Source of the DNA: an uncultured bacterium | GTDB lineage: Bacteria; UBP14; UBA6098; B30-G16 | Direction: 5' to 3' | Length of the DNA: 46,302 nucleotides | NCBI GenBank assembly: GCA_964443405.1 | Contig: CAYUDB010000002.1 | Coordinates: forward strand, 1-46,302 | Shown here: one piece after another, positions 8,558-20,000 of the stretch | How the letters are laid out: each line of letters starts with the position of its first letter | Numbering within the stretch: the first letter of the stretch is position 1 | The notes under the pieces: model-generated | What the model saw: the letters and a program-made list of their open reading frames with translations, nothing else | The model's database searches: none | Told to the model about the DNA's origin: nothing | Translations under genes and position numbers: made by a program

Positions 8558-8998
8558 ATGGAAATGCAAGTTCGAATAAAAATCTTTGAGGGCGGAAAAA
8601 TGCCCATGCGCATGTCGGAATACGCAGCGGGATTTGATGCTTTTGCGCGATTGGAGGATGATGTTGTTATTTTGCCGCGAAGTTGGGCGAAGGTGCCGTT
8701 GGGTTTTTCCATCGAAGTGCCTATGGGTTTTGAGGCGCAAGTTCGTCCACGTAGCGGGAATGCGCTGAAATTCGGCATTTTTTTGCTCAATTCGCCCGGC
8801 ACGGTTGACAGCGATTATCGTGGTGAAGTTTGCGCTATTGTGGCAAATTTTTCGAACGAGGATTTTCATGTGGCAAACGGTGACCGCATTGCCCAGATGG
8901 TTATCTGCCCAGTTCCGCAAGTTGAACTCATTTGCACAGAAGAGCTTACGCCAACTGATCGCGACGCAGGCGGTTTTGGTAGCAGTGGTTTGCGCTAG
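8558..8998 (+). CDS. dut: Trimeric dUTP diphosphatase
   Basis: AAGFDA, QVRPRSG, NSPGTVDSDYRGE, GDRIAQMV and RDAGGFGSSG motifs. Confidence 0.96.
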   Translation: MEMQVRIKIFEGGKMPMRMSEYAAGFDAFARLEDDVVILPRSWAKVPLGFSIEVPMGFEAQVRPRSGNALKFGIFLLNSPGTVDSDYRGEVCAIVANFSNEDFHVANGDRIAQMVICPVPQVELICTEELTPTDRDAGGFGSSGLR

Positions 8999-9316
8999 GT
9001 AATTTTTGCTCGCTCACAATAGCCCGTCACCCACATTAACTGTTTGAATGACAAACGATTCTGTGATTAAAAGAGTTTTGCCATTGCAAATAGCGGCGGT
9101 TATGGTGCATGGAAGAGTCGAAATTTTGTGGGGCAAGGTTATGTGGTGCTTCTGAAAGATTCTGGCGCATATTGCGAGCACGTTATTTCTATGTAGAACA
9201 AACGGTTTTGAAAATAAAGCTTGCGGCGGATGTTTTCTAACGACCAGTTTTTGATTAGAAAGTAACAGCAAAGGTTTCATTTTATAACAGTCAAAAACAA
9301 CAGTAAAAAACTATAA

Positions 9317-9970
9317 TTAGCGACATGTGGGCGCCGACAAAAGTGCCGCAACTAGCGCACGCACGTTCAGGCGCACAATGTCGGGAGTTGTTTCGGGCAT
9401 ACCAAAGACAGAGTGAATCGCAGCGATGCCGAAAGCACGTGCTGCGAAAACTTGTGTGGCGTTTTGTGCGTTTATGCCCCCTAGCGCGATTACTGGAACC
9501 GGTGTTATAGCGCATACTCGGCGCAAAATTTCGATGCCGAGTTCGATTGCATCGGGTTTGCAAACAGTTGTAAAAATTGGTGAAAGCGTTATATAATCGT
9601 AGGTTGCGCGCGCAGCAAAAACGGCTTCCTCAAAACTATGCGCCGAAAACCCTTTCATTTTGCCAATATACCGTGGCGATTGGAATACGCCTACGCTACG
9701 GGCGCCGAAATGGAGTATATCGATGGGCAGAATTTGCGAGAGTTCATAGGCGCCATTGAGGATAATTTTGGCATCATTTCTCTCGGCATGCTCGCAAATC
9801 TTTGTCAATGAACGAATTGTCTCTGGCGTTGCCTCGTTTTTGATGCGCAACATTAGTGCAGGTAAACCCGCATCGAGTGCAGCACGAGCTTTTGGCAACA
9901 AAGACTCGGGCGAGGTTTCATGCACATTGAGGATTCCTATGAGGTGCAACTGTTTAGGTATTATTCTCAT
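9317..9970 (-). CDS. Thiamine-phosphate synthase family protein, TenI-like variant
   Basis: TIM-barrel motifs GFSAHSFEEA, DYITLSPIFTTVCK and PVIALGGI. It has NG where ThiE has ND, and CK where ThiE has (T/S)K. The start could instead be ATG 9997. Confidence 0.8.
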   Translation of the reverse strand: MRIIPKQLHLIGILNVHETSPESLLPKARAALDAGLPALMLRIKNEATPETIRSLTKICEHAERNDAKIILNGAYELSQILPIDILHFGARSVGVFQSPRYIGKMKGFSAHSFEEAVFAARATYDYITLSPIFTTVCKPDAIELGIEILRRVCAITPVPVIALGGINAQNATQVFAARAFGIAAIHSVFGMPETTPDIVRLNVRALVAALLSAPTCR

Positions 9971-10128
9971 TGTTATAATATATCGTGTATAGTGCATATG
10001 TCAATACTTTTTTACTTCGCTCCGCAAAGCTTAGCTCGCGCGTTAAACGACTCTAGAATTTTGCTGTTTAGCTGTAACTTAATGTAAATCATGATACAAC
10101 CTGGATAAACATTTTGGAAAAACAAACA

Positions 10129-10157
10129 TTGCGCAAACGCAACGCCGGCATTATAAT
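10129..10157 (+). promoter_or_regulatory. Sigma70-type promoter for rodA
   Basis: TTGCGC-N17-TATAAT, 29 nt upstream of the ATG at 10187. Confidence 0.6.
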
Positions 10158-10186
10158 ATTTGCTAAACATTTAGACGACAACTCAC

Positions 10187-11383
10187 ATGAATATAAAATT
10201 CGATTGGTTACTATTTTTCACTGCTCTTGCAATTTCGCTTTTTGGCTTAGCAATGATTTTTTCGGCAGTGCATGATTCACCTCTAGTGGATATTTTTTAC
10301 AAGCAGGCGATTTTTTTAGGTATCGCAATTTCGTTTTCGCTTGCGTTATGGAAAATACCTGCGCGTGTGCATGATGGTTTTGCATATATATACTATGCAG
10401 TTACAATTTTTTTATTAGTGATAGTTTTATTTCAATCAGCAGAAGTAAAGCGCTGGCTCGGATTTGGCATATTTCGCATACAACCGTCTGAATTATCGAA
10501 GCTTGTGATGATTTTTGCCATTGGGCGCTGGATACGTGACCATGCAAAAAACATCGATAATTTTTTCGTTTTTGCCGGTGCATTGGCGCTTATGGGTTTG
10601 CCATTTGTGCTCATTTTGAAGGAACCAGATTTGGGCACAGCAATTGTTTATTGGGTAGTTATTTTTTCGATGTTCTATGCAGGCGGTATTCGCCCGTTGA
10701 ACCTTTTCTTGATATTGACACCATTTTTCGCCATGGTCTCGGCTTTGCACTGGATAGCATGGTTAGCTTACTTTTCGTTACTTATTTTTGTGCTATTAAA
10801 GTGGAGAGTTACACCTTCCACATTTTTTGTAACAGTTGTAGTTGCTATTTCAATTGGTGCATCAACCCCATACGTTTGGTCGCAACTCCATCCATATCAA
10901 AGAGAACGCATACTTGTTTTTTTAAATCCGCAGCACGATCCACTTGGTGCCGGTTATCAGCTAATACAATCGAAAATTACAGTAGGTTCGGGCGGTATTT
11001 TGGGCAAGGGCTATCTCGAAGGCTCACAAACCAAACTATCTTTTCTACCAGCTAAACATTCAGATTTTATCTTTTCGGTTATAGGTGAACAATTTGGTTT
11101 TGCGGGCGCTATGGCACTACTATTCATGTTTTGGGTTCTTCTTTGGCGAATAATGCGCATTGCTTCATTTTCGCGCACACAATATGGCACTTTGGTAGCT
11201 GCAGGTGTAGCAGGTGTAATTTTTTTCCAAGCATTTGTCAACATTGCGATGACAGTTGGTTTTGCACCAGTTACGGGAATTCCGTTGCCTTTTGTTTCGG
11301 CTGGTGGTAGCGCACTGATTGTCTTTTGGGGCATGATCGGTGTGATGCAGAACATTCATTCACAAACAGAAGAAGATCTCTAA
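10187..11383 (+). CDS. rodA: SEDS-family peptidoglycan glycosyltransferase RodA
   Basis: RWLGFGIFRIQPSELSK, EPDLGTA, YQRERI..FLNP..DPLGAGYQLIQSKITVGSGG..GKG, FLPAKHSDFIFSV and TGIPLPFVSAGGS motifs; the DPLGAGYQ motif favours RodA over FtsW. Confidence 0.9.
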   Translation: MNIKFDWLLFFTALAISLFGLAMIFSAVHDSPLVDIFYKQAIFLGIAISFSLALWKIPARVHDGFAYIYYAVTIFLLVIVLFQSAEVKRWLGFGIFRIQPSELSKLVMIFAIGRWIRDHAKNIDNFFVFAGALALMGLPFVLILKEPDLGTAIVYWVVIFSMFYAGGIRPLNLFLILTPFFAMVSALHWIAWLAYFSLLIFVLLKWRVTPSTFFVTVVVAISIGASTPYVWSQLHPYQRERILVFLNPQHDPLGAGYQLIQSKITVGSGGILGKGYLEGSQTKLSFLPAKHSDFIFSVIGEQFGFAGAMALLFMFWVLLWRIMRIASFSRTQYGTLVAAGVAGVIFFQAFVNIAMTVGFAPVTGIPLPFVSAGGSALIVFWGMIGVMQNIHSQTEEDL

Positions 11384-11436
11384 TTGACAGGCATAAGTAA
11401 AACATTTAATCGTTTTTATTGACGAAAGGCGTTTGG

Positions 11437-12402
11437 CTACGGCAGCTTCAAAATTTCCCTTTGCTGATCAAATTGCGCGAAAAAATTTTGAGCAGATGCA
11501 AAACTACGAGTTGCGTAACAGTACGCGCATGCGCGTATGCAGGTAGAATATGCTCCTATGTCTATGCTGGGCAAACAATTACATAGTGAACGTTGCCCTA
11601 AGTCACGTTTCAGAGTGAACTTTTCGCCAACAGCAGCATGCAGAATTTCTGGCGAAATGCACCCCGATCGTTCGATACCAGTGCCGTCAAATGTGGCATC
11701 ACCACAACAAACATGCATGGTAAAGCCATGAGCAATTGCAATTGTGTTCAGTATGCGTAGAAATTCCTGTACGTTGGGCATCTCAATTGAAACGGCTGTA
11801 AAATCAAACTTTAGTCGCTTAAAACTACGTTTTACTTTGGAATAATTTTGCAGCATACTCACTTTAACGATCTTTGCAGCCCCCTGCAAAGGTTTGCATA
11901 GTGTTGAAAATCGGGAAATATGGAAATCAAAGTCGTAGTCTTTGCTCAAAATAATTGGATCATAGCGCCATATAATCCGGTTTGGTCCAGTTATATTAGC
12001 TAGAGTGGTGATTTTTTGAGCAGAATATTCAAGCGGAACTGTATTAGGCTCTAGTAAATCATATTTAGGCGTAATTGTATATTGAAATATGAATGAAAAT
12101 CCACGCTCACGAATTTCATTAATGTGCAATAATAGATTACTTGCATCGCGTGTCCAGAATACGATTGCAGCAACATCATGTGGGTTTAGCGAGATTTTTC
12201 GAATTTGCGCAGCGTTAAATGGGTTTTGTACAAGCACATAGCCGGCGCGTAGCCTGTTAATGAACCAACTGGAATAATAACTTGGTATGTCTGTGCGACG
12301 TGAAGCAGATATGATAATTTCTGTGCTCAAAGTGCTAAATTGTATATTATATGTGAAATATGAGGCAGTAATAAGTTTTTTGGAGTAAGTTTCTTCTGAC
12401 AA
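11437..12402 (-). CDS. DUF1848-family protein (radical-SAM/spore-photoproduct-lyase-like fold)
   Basis: IISASRRTDIPSYYSSWFINRL..GYVLVQNPFN, IVFWT, WRYDPI, and C-terminal QRSLCNCLPSIDIGAYSTCIRACAYCYA. The TTG start is uncertain. Confidence 0.85.
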   Translation of the reverse strand: MSEETYSKKLITASYFTYNIQFSTLSTEIIISASRRTDIPSYYSSWFINRLRAGYVLVQNPFNAAQIRKISLNPHDVAAIVFWTRDASNLLLHINEIRERGFSFIFQYTITPKYDLLEPNTVPLEYSAQKITTLANITGPNRIIWRYDPIILSKDYDFDFHISRFSTLCKPLQGAAKIVKVSMLQNYSKVKRSFKRLKFDFTAVSIEMPNVQEFLRILNTIAIAHGFTMHVCCGDATFDGTGIERSGCISPEILHAAVGEKFTLKRDLGQRSLCNCLPSIDIGAYSTCIRACAYCYATRSFASAQNFFAQFDQQREILKLP

Positions 12403-12455
12403 AGTTTGCTAAGAGAAAAGAATTCATAAAAATAATCTCATTTCTGCTCATCTTG

Positions 12456-12484
12456 TTGACAATAAAGGAACTGCAGTGTTTAAT
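12456..12484 (+). promoter_or_regulatory. Candidate sigma70 promoter for sbcC
   Basis: TTGACA-N17-TTTAAT upstream of the AAGGAG RBS and the ATG at 12571. Confidence 0.5.
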
Positions 12485-12570
12485 GCAAGCACTATTTAAA
12501 GCTATTTCAACCTGCTAGGATTCTATTAAACTTTGCTAATCATTTCGTAGTTTTACAGTTAAGGAGAACA

Positions 12571-15543
12571 ATGGTTCCACATAGTATATGCCTGACTAAT
12601 TTTCGTAGTTTTCGAAACTCTACGACGATCCCACTTGATTTTGCGCCAATCTACTGCATCATTGGAAAAAATGGTTCGGGGAAGAGCAGTATTGTCGAGG
12701 CTATGTTGTGGGCACTGTTTGGCAAAGCACGTGAAGGTGACGGGGATGCGGTTGTTACCAAAAATCTGGACACGGTATCTGTTGAATTTGTTTTCTCAAT
12801 TGGAAATGAGCAGTATAAGGTTTCGCGAAGTGCAGGACGCATTTCTTTTTTAAATCTGTATAAGCGTAATACGGAGACTGGTACGTTTGATGAACTTGCA
12901 GTTGGAAGAAAGCGCGAGACTCAAACGCTTATAAATCAAATGGTTGGAACAGATTTTTTTACTATGAAATTGGCGAATTTTTTCATGCAAAATGAGAGCG
13001 ATGCTTTTTCGAAAATGCGCCCATCAGAAAGGCATAAGTCTCTTGTAAAGCTTTTCAATATTGAGAATATCGAAAAATTGCGCAAAGCGGCTGCAGACAG
13101 AATACGACTGGAAGCAAAATTGTTAGATGCTAACATGGTGCAACTAAACTTGTTACATGATAAGCTTCGGGCTTTTGAAGGCATTGAATTTGATTTCGAG
13201 ACCGTTTGTACTCAGATGAACATCTTGAATAGTAATAAACAAGCGTTAGATAAAAAGAGAGAATGTATTGAAAAAGAAATGCAAATATTACAAAAACTAA
13301 TAAACGAGAACAATACGCTTTTAGATAAACATACTATACTGAGTTCGCTATTAGAGAGGCTAAATACCGAGCTCAAAGCTATGAAACAAAAGGAGCTTCG
13401 AACTCTTGAAATTATAGAAAAGGCAAAGGAAATTGAGTCGGGATTTCTAACATTTTGCGAATTAAAAAGTTATGTAGTGGCATTGCGTGATTCTGAACTG
13501 AAATTTTTACGTGTTAAGGAGGCAATTGCGCGTGTACAACTGCAGCAGGCTGAATTTGAAAGCGAAATTCAAGCTCAAACTGCAAAAATGCAAGGTGAGA
13601 GAGTATATTTAATGAATGCAATTCAGTTATTAGATAAAAAAATTATTGACAAAACAATGGTGATGAGTGCGCTAGAAAAATTGACAGATATTGAAAACGT
13701 GCATAAAAATTTACAAACATCCAAAGTAAGTATTGCTAATTTTTCAGAGCAAATAAGTATGCTGCAGCGAGCTATTTTGGCAAAAAAAGATGCTATGAAT
13801 CGAGAAATTGCTAAATATTCCACCGAAAAAGAATACATAGCGGAAGAATTGGAACGAAAGAAACAATTTACGTGTGCACGTAAGGAAATCGAGCAAAAAA
13901 TTGCAATATGCTTTCAGAATCGTGCAGAGAACGAAAACCTCAGGCTTGAAATATCGCAACTTGTTGTTCAGCAAGAAATTAAGCGCAACGAGAGAGAACG
14001 TTTACGCGAAAAATATGCTGAGCTTACACGAAATTTGAAGTTTGTGGAGACAACAAAAACTTCGCGCTGCCCCACATGTGGCTCGGTTTTAGACGAACTG
14101 AGGAGGATGGAACTTGCATCAAAAATTGACGTTGAAATAAAAATAATAACAAACGAAGGCAAAAAATTAACGACACTATGCAACGAACTCGAAACTGCAT
14201 GCGCTGAAAAAGAGGCGCGAATTCGGCACTTGAACTCTTGCGATGAGACAGAGAGTTTAAATAATCTATTAATTGACATAAAATTAAACGAAAAACGATG
14301 TGATGATCTTCAGAAAAAAAACTCTGAAATAGAATGGCAGATTGAGTTGTTGCAACAGGAAATTGCGACCGAACAATACTCTGCCGAAGAGAGAGCACAA
14401 ATTGCCGCAACGCAAAAGCAGATCGATTTGTTGGACTTTACTGATGAAAAATTTAATATAGCATGTCAAAATTACGAAGAGTTTGTAGGTTTAAAAAACA
14501 GGTTAACAGAAATTGAGAGATTTGCATCTGAGCGTATGCACCTTTTGCGACGGTTTGAGGAGTTGGAAGAACAGATATGTGAGATTTCTGCAAAAAGGCA
14601 GTATTCATTATTTGACCAGCAACTCGTTGATTTAAAAAAAGATTTGTCTGAAATTGAATTTGATGAAAGCAAATTGCAAATGACAAATCAGAAATTAGCA
14701 AATTTCGCCAAATACGAAAAGCTGTCGCTGGAGCTTGAACAGGCGCGAAATGATAATTCCGAGCTGACTATGACTATACCACATATACAAGCGCAAATTG
14801 CTGAAAATCTCGACGTAATTGCTGGAATTAATGAAAGAATTGCAGAGATTTCAAAATATTGCGACGCGTTTGTCGATATTGAAAGTGAGTTAAAAGAGGT
14901 TACTTGGGAAATTGAAAAATGTACCAACCAATATATGAATTATTTTGAATTAAAAACCCGTTTGGAGGAAAAAATATTGCAGAAAAAGCTGATAAATGTA
15001 GAGGTTTCACAAATTTCTACTGAAATTGCAGATTATAAAAAACGTAGTACAACTTTACTGGCGCTAGAATATATACTAAAAAGTACGTCAATACAGGCAT
15101 GGCTGCTGAAAAAATATATTTCCGCTATAGAAAATGAGGCACAGGAAATTCTGGATCAGATTGCACATGATGAGGCGAGGGTGAAACTTTTGGCAGACGA
15201 TAGTGATAAAATAGAAGTGCATATCATTACTCCTTATGGTGAAAGGAGTTACGAGTCATTTAGTGGTGGCGAGGAGTTCCGGATAGACTTTGCACTCAAG
15301 CTCGCGCTAGCACAGGTGCTTTCACAGCGAGCTGGTTTGCCCATACGCACGCTAATCATCGATGAAGGATTTGGATCGCAAGACGAAGCTGCTCTTTTGA
15401 AACTTGTGGAATTGCTTTATGAAGTGAGGCTTAGGTTTGAAACAATTATCGTAATAACTCATCTTGAGCGTTTAGTCGGTGAGTTCTATTCGCGCATTGA
15501 AGTCGAAAAAATCTGTGATGCCTCACAAGTCGCCATAATATAA
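12571..15543 (+). CDS. sbcC: SbcC/Rad50-type SMC ATPase
   Basis: Walker A GKNGSGKSS, Q-loop FFMQNE, long coiled coils with a central Zn-hook CPTCG, signature FSGGE, Walker B/D-loop LIIDEGFGSQD, H-loop VITH. Confidence 0.9.
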   Translation: MVPHSICLTNFRSFRNSTTIPLDFAPIYCIIGKNGSGKSSIVEAMLWALFGKAREGDGDAVVTKNLDTVSVEFVFSIGNEQYKVSRSAGRISFLNLYKRNTETGTFDELAVGRKRETQTLINQMVGTDFFTMKLANFFMQNESDAFSKMRPSERHKSLVKLFNIENIEKLRKAAADRIRLEAKLLDANMVQLNLLHDKLRAFEGIEFDFETVCTQMNILNSNKQALDKKRECIEKEMQILQKLINENNTLLDKHTILSSLLERLNTELKAMKQKELRTLEIIEKAKEIESGFLTFCELKSYVVALRDSELKFLRVKEAIARVQLQQAEFESEIQAQTAKMQGERVYLMNAIQLLDKKIIDKTMVMSALEKLTDIENVHKNLQTSKVSIANFSEQISMLQRAILAKKDAMNREIAKYSTEKEYIAEELERKKQFTCARKEIEQKIAICFQNRAENENLRLEISQLVVQQEIKRNERERLREKYAELTRNLKFVETTKTSRCPTCGSVLDELRRMELASKIDVEIKIITNEGKKLTTLCNELETACAEKEARIRHLNSCDETESLNNLLIDIKLNEKRCDDLQKKNSEIEWQIELLQQEIATEQYSAEERAQIAATQKQIDLLDFTDEKFNIACQNYEEFVGLKNRLTEIERFASERMHLLRRFEELEEQICEISAKRQYSLFDQQLVDLKKDLSEIEFDESKLQMTNQKLANFAKYEKLSLELEQARNDNSELTMTIPHIQAQIAENLDVIAGINERIAEISKYCDAFVDIESELKEVTWEIEKCTNQYMNYFELKTRLEEKILQKKLINVEVSQISTEIADYKKRSTTLLALEYILKSTSIQAWLLKKYISAIENEAQEILDQIAHDEARVKLLADDSDKIEVHIITPYGERSYESFSGGEEFRIDFALKLALAQVLSQRAGLPIRTLIIDEGFGSQDEAALLKLVELLYEVRLRFETIIVITHLERLVGEFYSRIEVEKICDASQVAII

Positions 15544-15577
15544 AGTAATAGCACTTTGTTTTATCGCAACGGAAAAG

Positions 15578-16540
15578 TTAAAAATTATGCTCCCAACCAC
15601 GCAGATTGTCGGGTGAAACTAATTTGCTATTAAAAAACACTTTTAGTTGTTTTTCCTCGACTATTTCACCAATCTCTACGATTGGTATGTCCAACCCCAA
15701 ATCTAGTGCCTTAGCGAAATCGATTGCTACATCAGGTGTTGCAGTGAACAGCAGCTCAAACTCTTCGCCAGATGTGGCAGCAAATATCGCGGGTTCTTCG
15801 CTTTTCGCATGCGCTATTTTTTCGGTGCCCGGGAATAATGGTATGCGGTCCAAGAAAACTTGTGCACCGATGTTTGATTCTTTCAGTATGTGTTGTAAAT
15901 CGGCAATTAAGCCATCTGATATGTCTATCATAGCTCCAATCAAAAATTTACGCGCGAGTTCTCCAGCTTCAATTCGACTGCGCGGACGTCGATGACGTAT
16001 TGTCAAGAGTTTTCGCTCAAGCTCAGAGATCTCTGTTTCACCTATTTGGTTGTAGATAAGCTCCAATCCGGCACGTGCTCCTCCAAGTGTGCCCGTGATG
16101 TAAATTCGCTCGCCAATTTTGGCATGACTGCGCAATTTTGGTTTATGCGCGAAACCTAACGCAGTTGTAGTGATATGCAAACCACTGTCACTGGAAGTAA
16201 TGTTGCCACCAAGAATTTTACAGCGCAATGGACGGCAAAATAACGCTATCCCGTCGTAAAGTTCTCGTATGTGTGCTTCCTGGAAGCCGCGTGGCAAGGA
16301 TAAGGAAATGAGGACGCCAAAAAGTTTGCCGCCGCTGGCAGCGATGTCGGAACAGGCGGCTGACACAGCACGATATCCGATATCGGTGAGCGAAAGTGGC
16401 GGAATTTTAAAGTGTATGCCTTCAATAACGTCGTCAACGGTGAGAAGCAAATTGCCCAAATTTGGCTCTATTACTGCACAATCGTCTCCAATATATTCAG
16501 GAAACATTTTGCGTATTTCATTAATAAAAGCAAATTCCAT
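15578..16540 (-). CDS. thiL: Thiamine-monophosphate kinase
   Basis: IGDDCA, EGIHF, SDIAASGG, LGGNIT, AMIDISDGLIADL.HI..ES and SGEEFELLFT motifs. Confidence 0.94.
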   Translation of the reverse strand: MEFAFINEIRKMFPEYIGDDCAVIEPNLGNLLLTVDDVIEGIHFKIPPLSLTDIGYRAVSAACSDIAASGGKLFGVLISLSLPRGFQEAHIRELYDGIALFCRPLRCKILGGNITSSDSGLHITTTALGFAHKPKLRSHAKIGERIYITGTLGGARAGLELIYNQIGETEISELERKLLTIRHRRPRSRIEAGELARKFLIGAMIDISDGLIADLQHILKESNIGAQVFLDRIPLFPGTEKIAHAKSEEPAIFAATSGEEFELLFTATPDVAIDFAKALDLGLDIPIVEIGEIVEEKQLKVFFNSKLVSPDNLRGWEHNF

Positions 16541-17008
16541 TTTTCCCCCAATGTGTTGCTCAAAAAAACACTTTTTTGATTGCTAGGTAGTGTTTTTTGA
16601 ACAGAATTCCCTGATGGATTTTTGGAAAATTTATTCTGCAACGAGATTTTTTGTTTTCAGCAAATAATCTACTTTGTTTTTGCCATCTGCAATTTGATAA
16701 CCGTTTGTTTTACAAAGAAAAATGCTCTTTGAACTAATGCTAATTTTACTAAAAAATTACGAAAAGTTTTGTTTTCGAAATACTTCTTTACTCGATTTGA
16801 AAATACATCGAAAAACTGCTTATAAGGTTGACCGACTTTTGTATCGCGTAAAAAGTTCATACTTGCGCTAATACAATGATAGACAAGTCATTAATTAAAA
16901 ACACGCTGTGACTCAATTTCTGTTTCTTGTTCACACGTGAAAAACTGTTTGAATGTTGCATTTTTTTTGTATATTACTAAGATGAAAATTGTTTTGCGCG
17001 GAGGAATA

Positions 17009-20000
17009 ATGAAAAATTTTGTCCCGTTTAATTTGAAATTTGCGGTGTTGGTGGCTGTTTGGTGCTTGGTTTTCACTCAACTTTTTGCTACCGAACATGT
17101 TATCGATGATATGGAGGTAACGCGATTATTGGCAGTTATGCCCGATGTTACCGCCGATCGTCCAGCTTATGACCTTTGGAAAGTAGAATTTGCTCGTGCC
17201 ATACGTGGTGCACGTGATGCGGAACTTCTTGATATCCTTGAACCTATGGATAATAACACTATGAATGGTTACGTGCACGGTTCGGTGGACGAAACCTATG
17301 GTGAATTCTCTGAAGGTGGTGATCCGGGTGGTGCTGGTGCTTACCAAAAACTCATGTATGCCTATTCAAGCACGCCATCCACAAGCTGGATAATGTATTA
17401 TGTTGACGGAACCGCGGGCAAGACAAATGAAACTTTGCCAGCATCTTCGTCAAACTACATAAGTGGCGGCACGGTTTACAATGTTTGGAATAACTGGAAC
17501 AATGTCTATATTCGCCAAGAGATTTCCGCAGTTCGACTTGGGAGCACGCCCGGCGAAAATGAGCAAGTAAAATTCAAATGTGTTTTAAAACCAGCTGACG
17601 CCGCTTGTCATACCGTTGGCGCAATAGTTTATTACGACACACAGCTTGATGCGAACGATGCGGCACCAATCTCAACCGCTTTTGGCTATACCGGAATAGC
17701 TAGCATCTATTATGCACCCACAATTCCCGGTATTTGGCGCGCTTACGAAGGTGCTTATCCACCTGCAGCAACCGATCTCGTTGCTCTCGGCATCCTCATC
17801 GGTTTCGAGGCGACTATGCCCGATGTGTTTTGGTATGGCAGTTGGCCCGCCTCAGTTTCCAATGGCTGGGCAGATGCCGAATGGGCTGCCGACGTTGGCG
17901 GCACTTTTGGCGACAGCGCAACTATGGTCAAATGGTACCCACGTAACGTTTGTCCGGGCGATTCGATAGTTTTTGTAACCTATTACGGTATAGGCGATAT
18001 ACTTGGCACAAGTGTGAATTTTTCGCACACAACGCCAACGATTACTCCTGGTTGCGGCTACGTTACACCCGATCCCATGACTCTCACTTTCATTGTCAGT
18101 AATGCGGGCGTTTCTGCTGCGAACAATGTCCAGCTTTCAATAAGCCTTGCAGGCAGTTCGCTCACTCTTGCCGGTGGCGATCCAAATCCGCGCTCTATCG
18201 GCACCCTTGCAGGTTATGGTGGTTCTGCATCGGTGAACTGGCAGGTGGACATACCACCATCTGCTTACGGCACAACGCAATGCTATACTGTAACCCTCTC
18301 ATGGACCGGTGGCACCTCAATCGTTCGCAATTATTGTGTTACCATACCAAACCCTACAGCTGCACCTACCCCCACAGTTACTGCAGATGCCACAACAGTT
18401 TGCACCGGCGGCTGCACATATCTGCACGGCACAGTTGGCACTTTGCCTGTTGGTTTCAGCTGGTCGTGGTCACCGACAACTGGTCTTTCCGATCCATTGA
18501 GCTTAAACCCTCAAGCCTGCCCTACAGTAACTACCACCTACACGCTCACTGTTACCGATGGCGGCAGCTGCACAGCTTCGGCGTCTCGAACAATAACGGT
18601 AAACCCGCCACCCACAGTCACCATGCCCGATTATCCAATTTGTTCTGGCAGCTCAGCTACGCTAACACCCACAATAACAGGAACTTACACGAGCATATTG
18701 TGGTCCACGGGCGCAACTACGCCCAGCATAACTGTCTCGCCAACTTCTACTACCACATATTGGGTCGAAGTGTGCAACGGTGCAGGCTGTTGCAGGCGCG
18801 ATACTTCCACAGTCAATGTGAGCACACCCATGACGGTTACCATAACTCCTTCATCTGCAAACATTTGCTCTGGCGGCTCCGTTGGTTTGACCGCAAGTGT
18901 TACAGGTGGGGTCGCGTCCTATAATTATTCGTGGTCACCCGCAACTGGGCTTTCGAGCACAACATCGGCAACACCAACTGCAAGCCCTACATCTACAACA
19001 ACTTACACTTGTACCGTTACCGATGCATACGGTTGCACCGCCTCGCGAACAGTTACAGTCAATGTGAGCACACCCATGACGGTTACCATAACTCCTTCAT
19101 CTGCAAACATTTGCTCTGGCGGCTCCGTTGGTTTGACCGCAAGTGTTACAGGTGGGGTCGCGTCCTATAATTATTCGTGGTCACCCGCAACTGGGCTTTC
19201 GAGCACAACATCGGCAACACCAACTGCAAGCCCTACATCTACAACAACTTACACTTGTACCGTTACCGATGCATACGGTTGCACCGCCTCGCGAACAGTT
19301 GAGGTGCAAATTTTGCCAAACCCTGCCGCGCCCGTCCTCATTTCCGTGCCGAATGGTGCCACGGATGTGCCCAGTGGCAGTGTCTGCTTTTTCTGGCACC
19401 CTTCTGCAACTGCGCCGAGCTATAATTTTTACTTGGACGGCACGGCACTTGCAACAGCAATTTTGGAGACAACCTTCTGCACTACAATAGAATGTGCACA
19501 CACATACAACTGGTATGTATCAGCCACAAATTCTTGTGGCACAGCGAATTCGCTCACATGGAATTTCTCAACCCAAACTGCGCCAACTCTACCGACGCAT
19601 GTTTCGCCTGCCAACGACGCTACCGACATCTCTGCCGGCAGTGTGACACTTGACTGGACAGATGCCACAGGCAGTGCGCCGATTACTTACACCGTCCACG
19701 TGAATGGAGTAGTGGTGGCTTCGGGCATAAGTGCTTCACAATTCGACATTTCCGTTCCTTGCGACGATACTATCAGTTGGTATGTGGACGCATCAAATGC
19801 TTGTGGCACAGTTTCAACTGCGCCATGGGTTTTCTACACGAGCACATCACCTTCGGGGACGACGCCCATCGCGCCACCAGACGGCAGCATCGAGCTTGCT
19901 GCAGGCACAATATTGCTCGACTGGACTGATGCAATTGGCAGCTCTCCAATCACTTACGATGTTTATGCCGATGGAGTTTCGGTGGCGACTGGGCTCACTT

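Noticed and set aside
9014-9280. 88-aa minus-strand ORF between dut and the TenI-like gene
   Set aside because: No SD site and no recognisable motif; cannot be supported, though not excluded.
9998-10186. TPP riboswitch upstream of the ThiE-family gene (also checked upstream of thiL)
   Set aside because: Only a fragment (CCTGGATAA) resembles the motif, and it is on the wrong strand; the CTGAGA and other conserved elements are absent.
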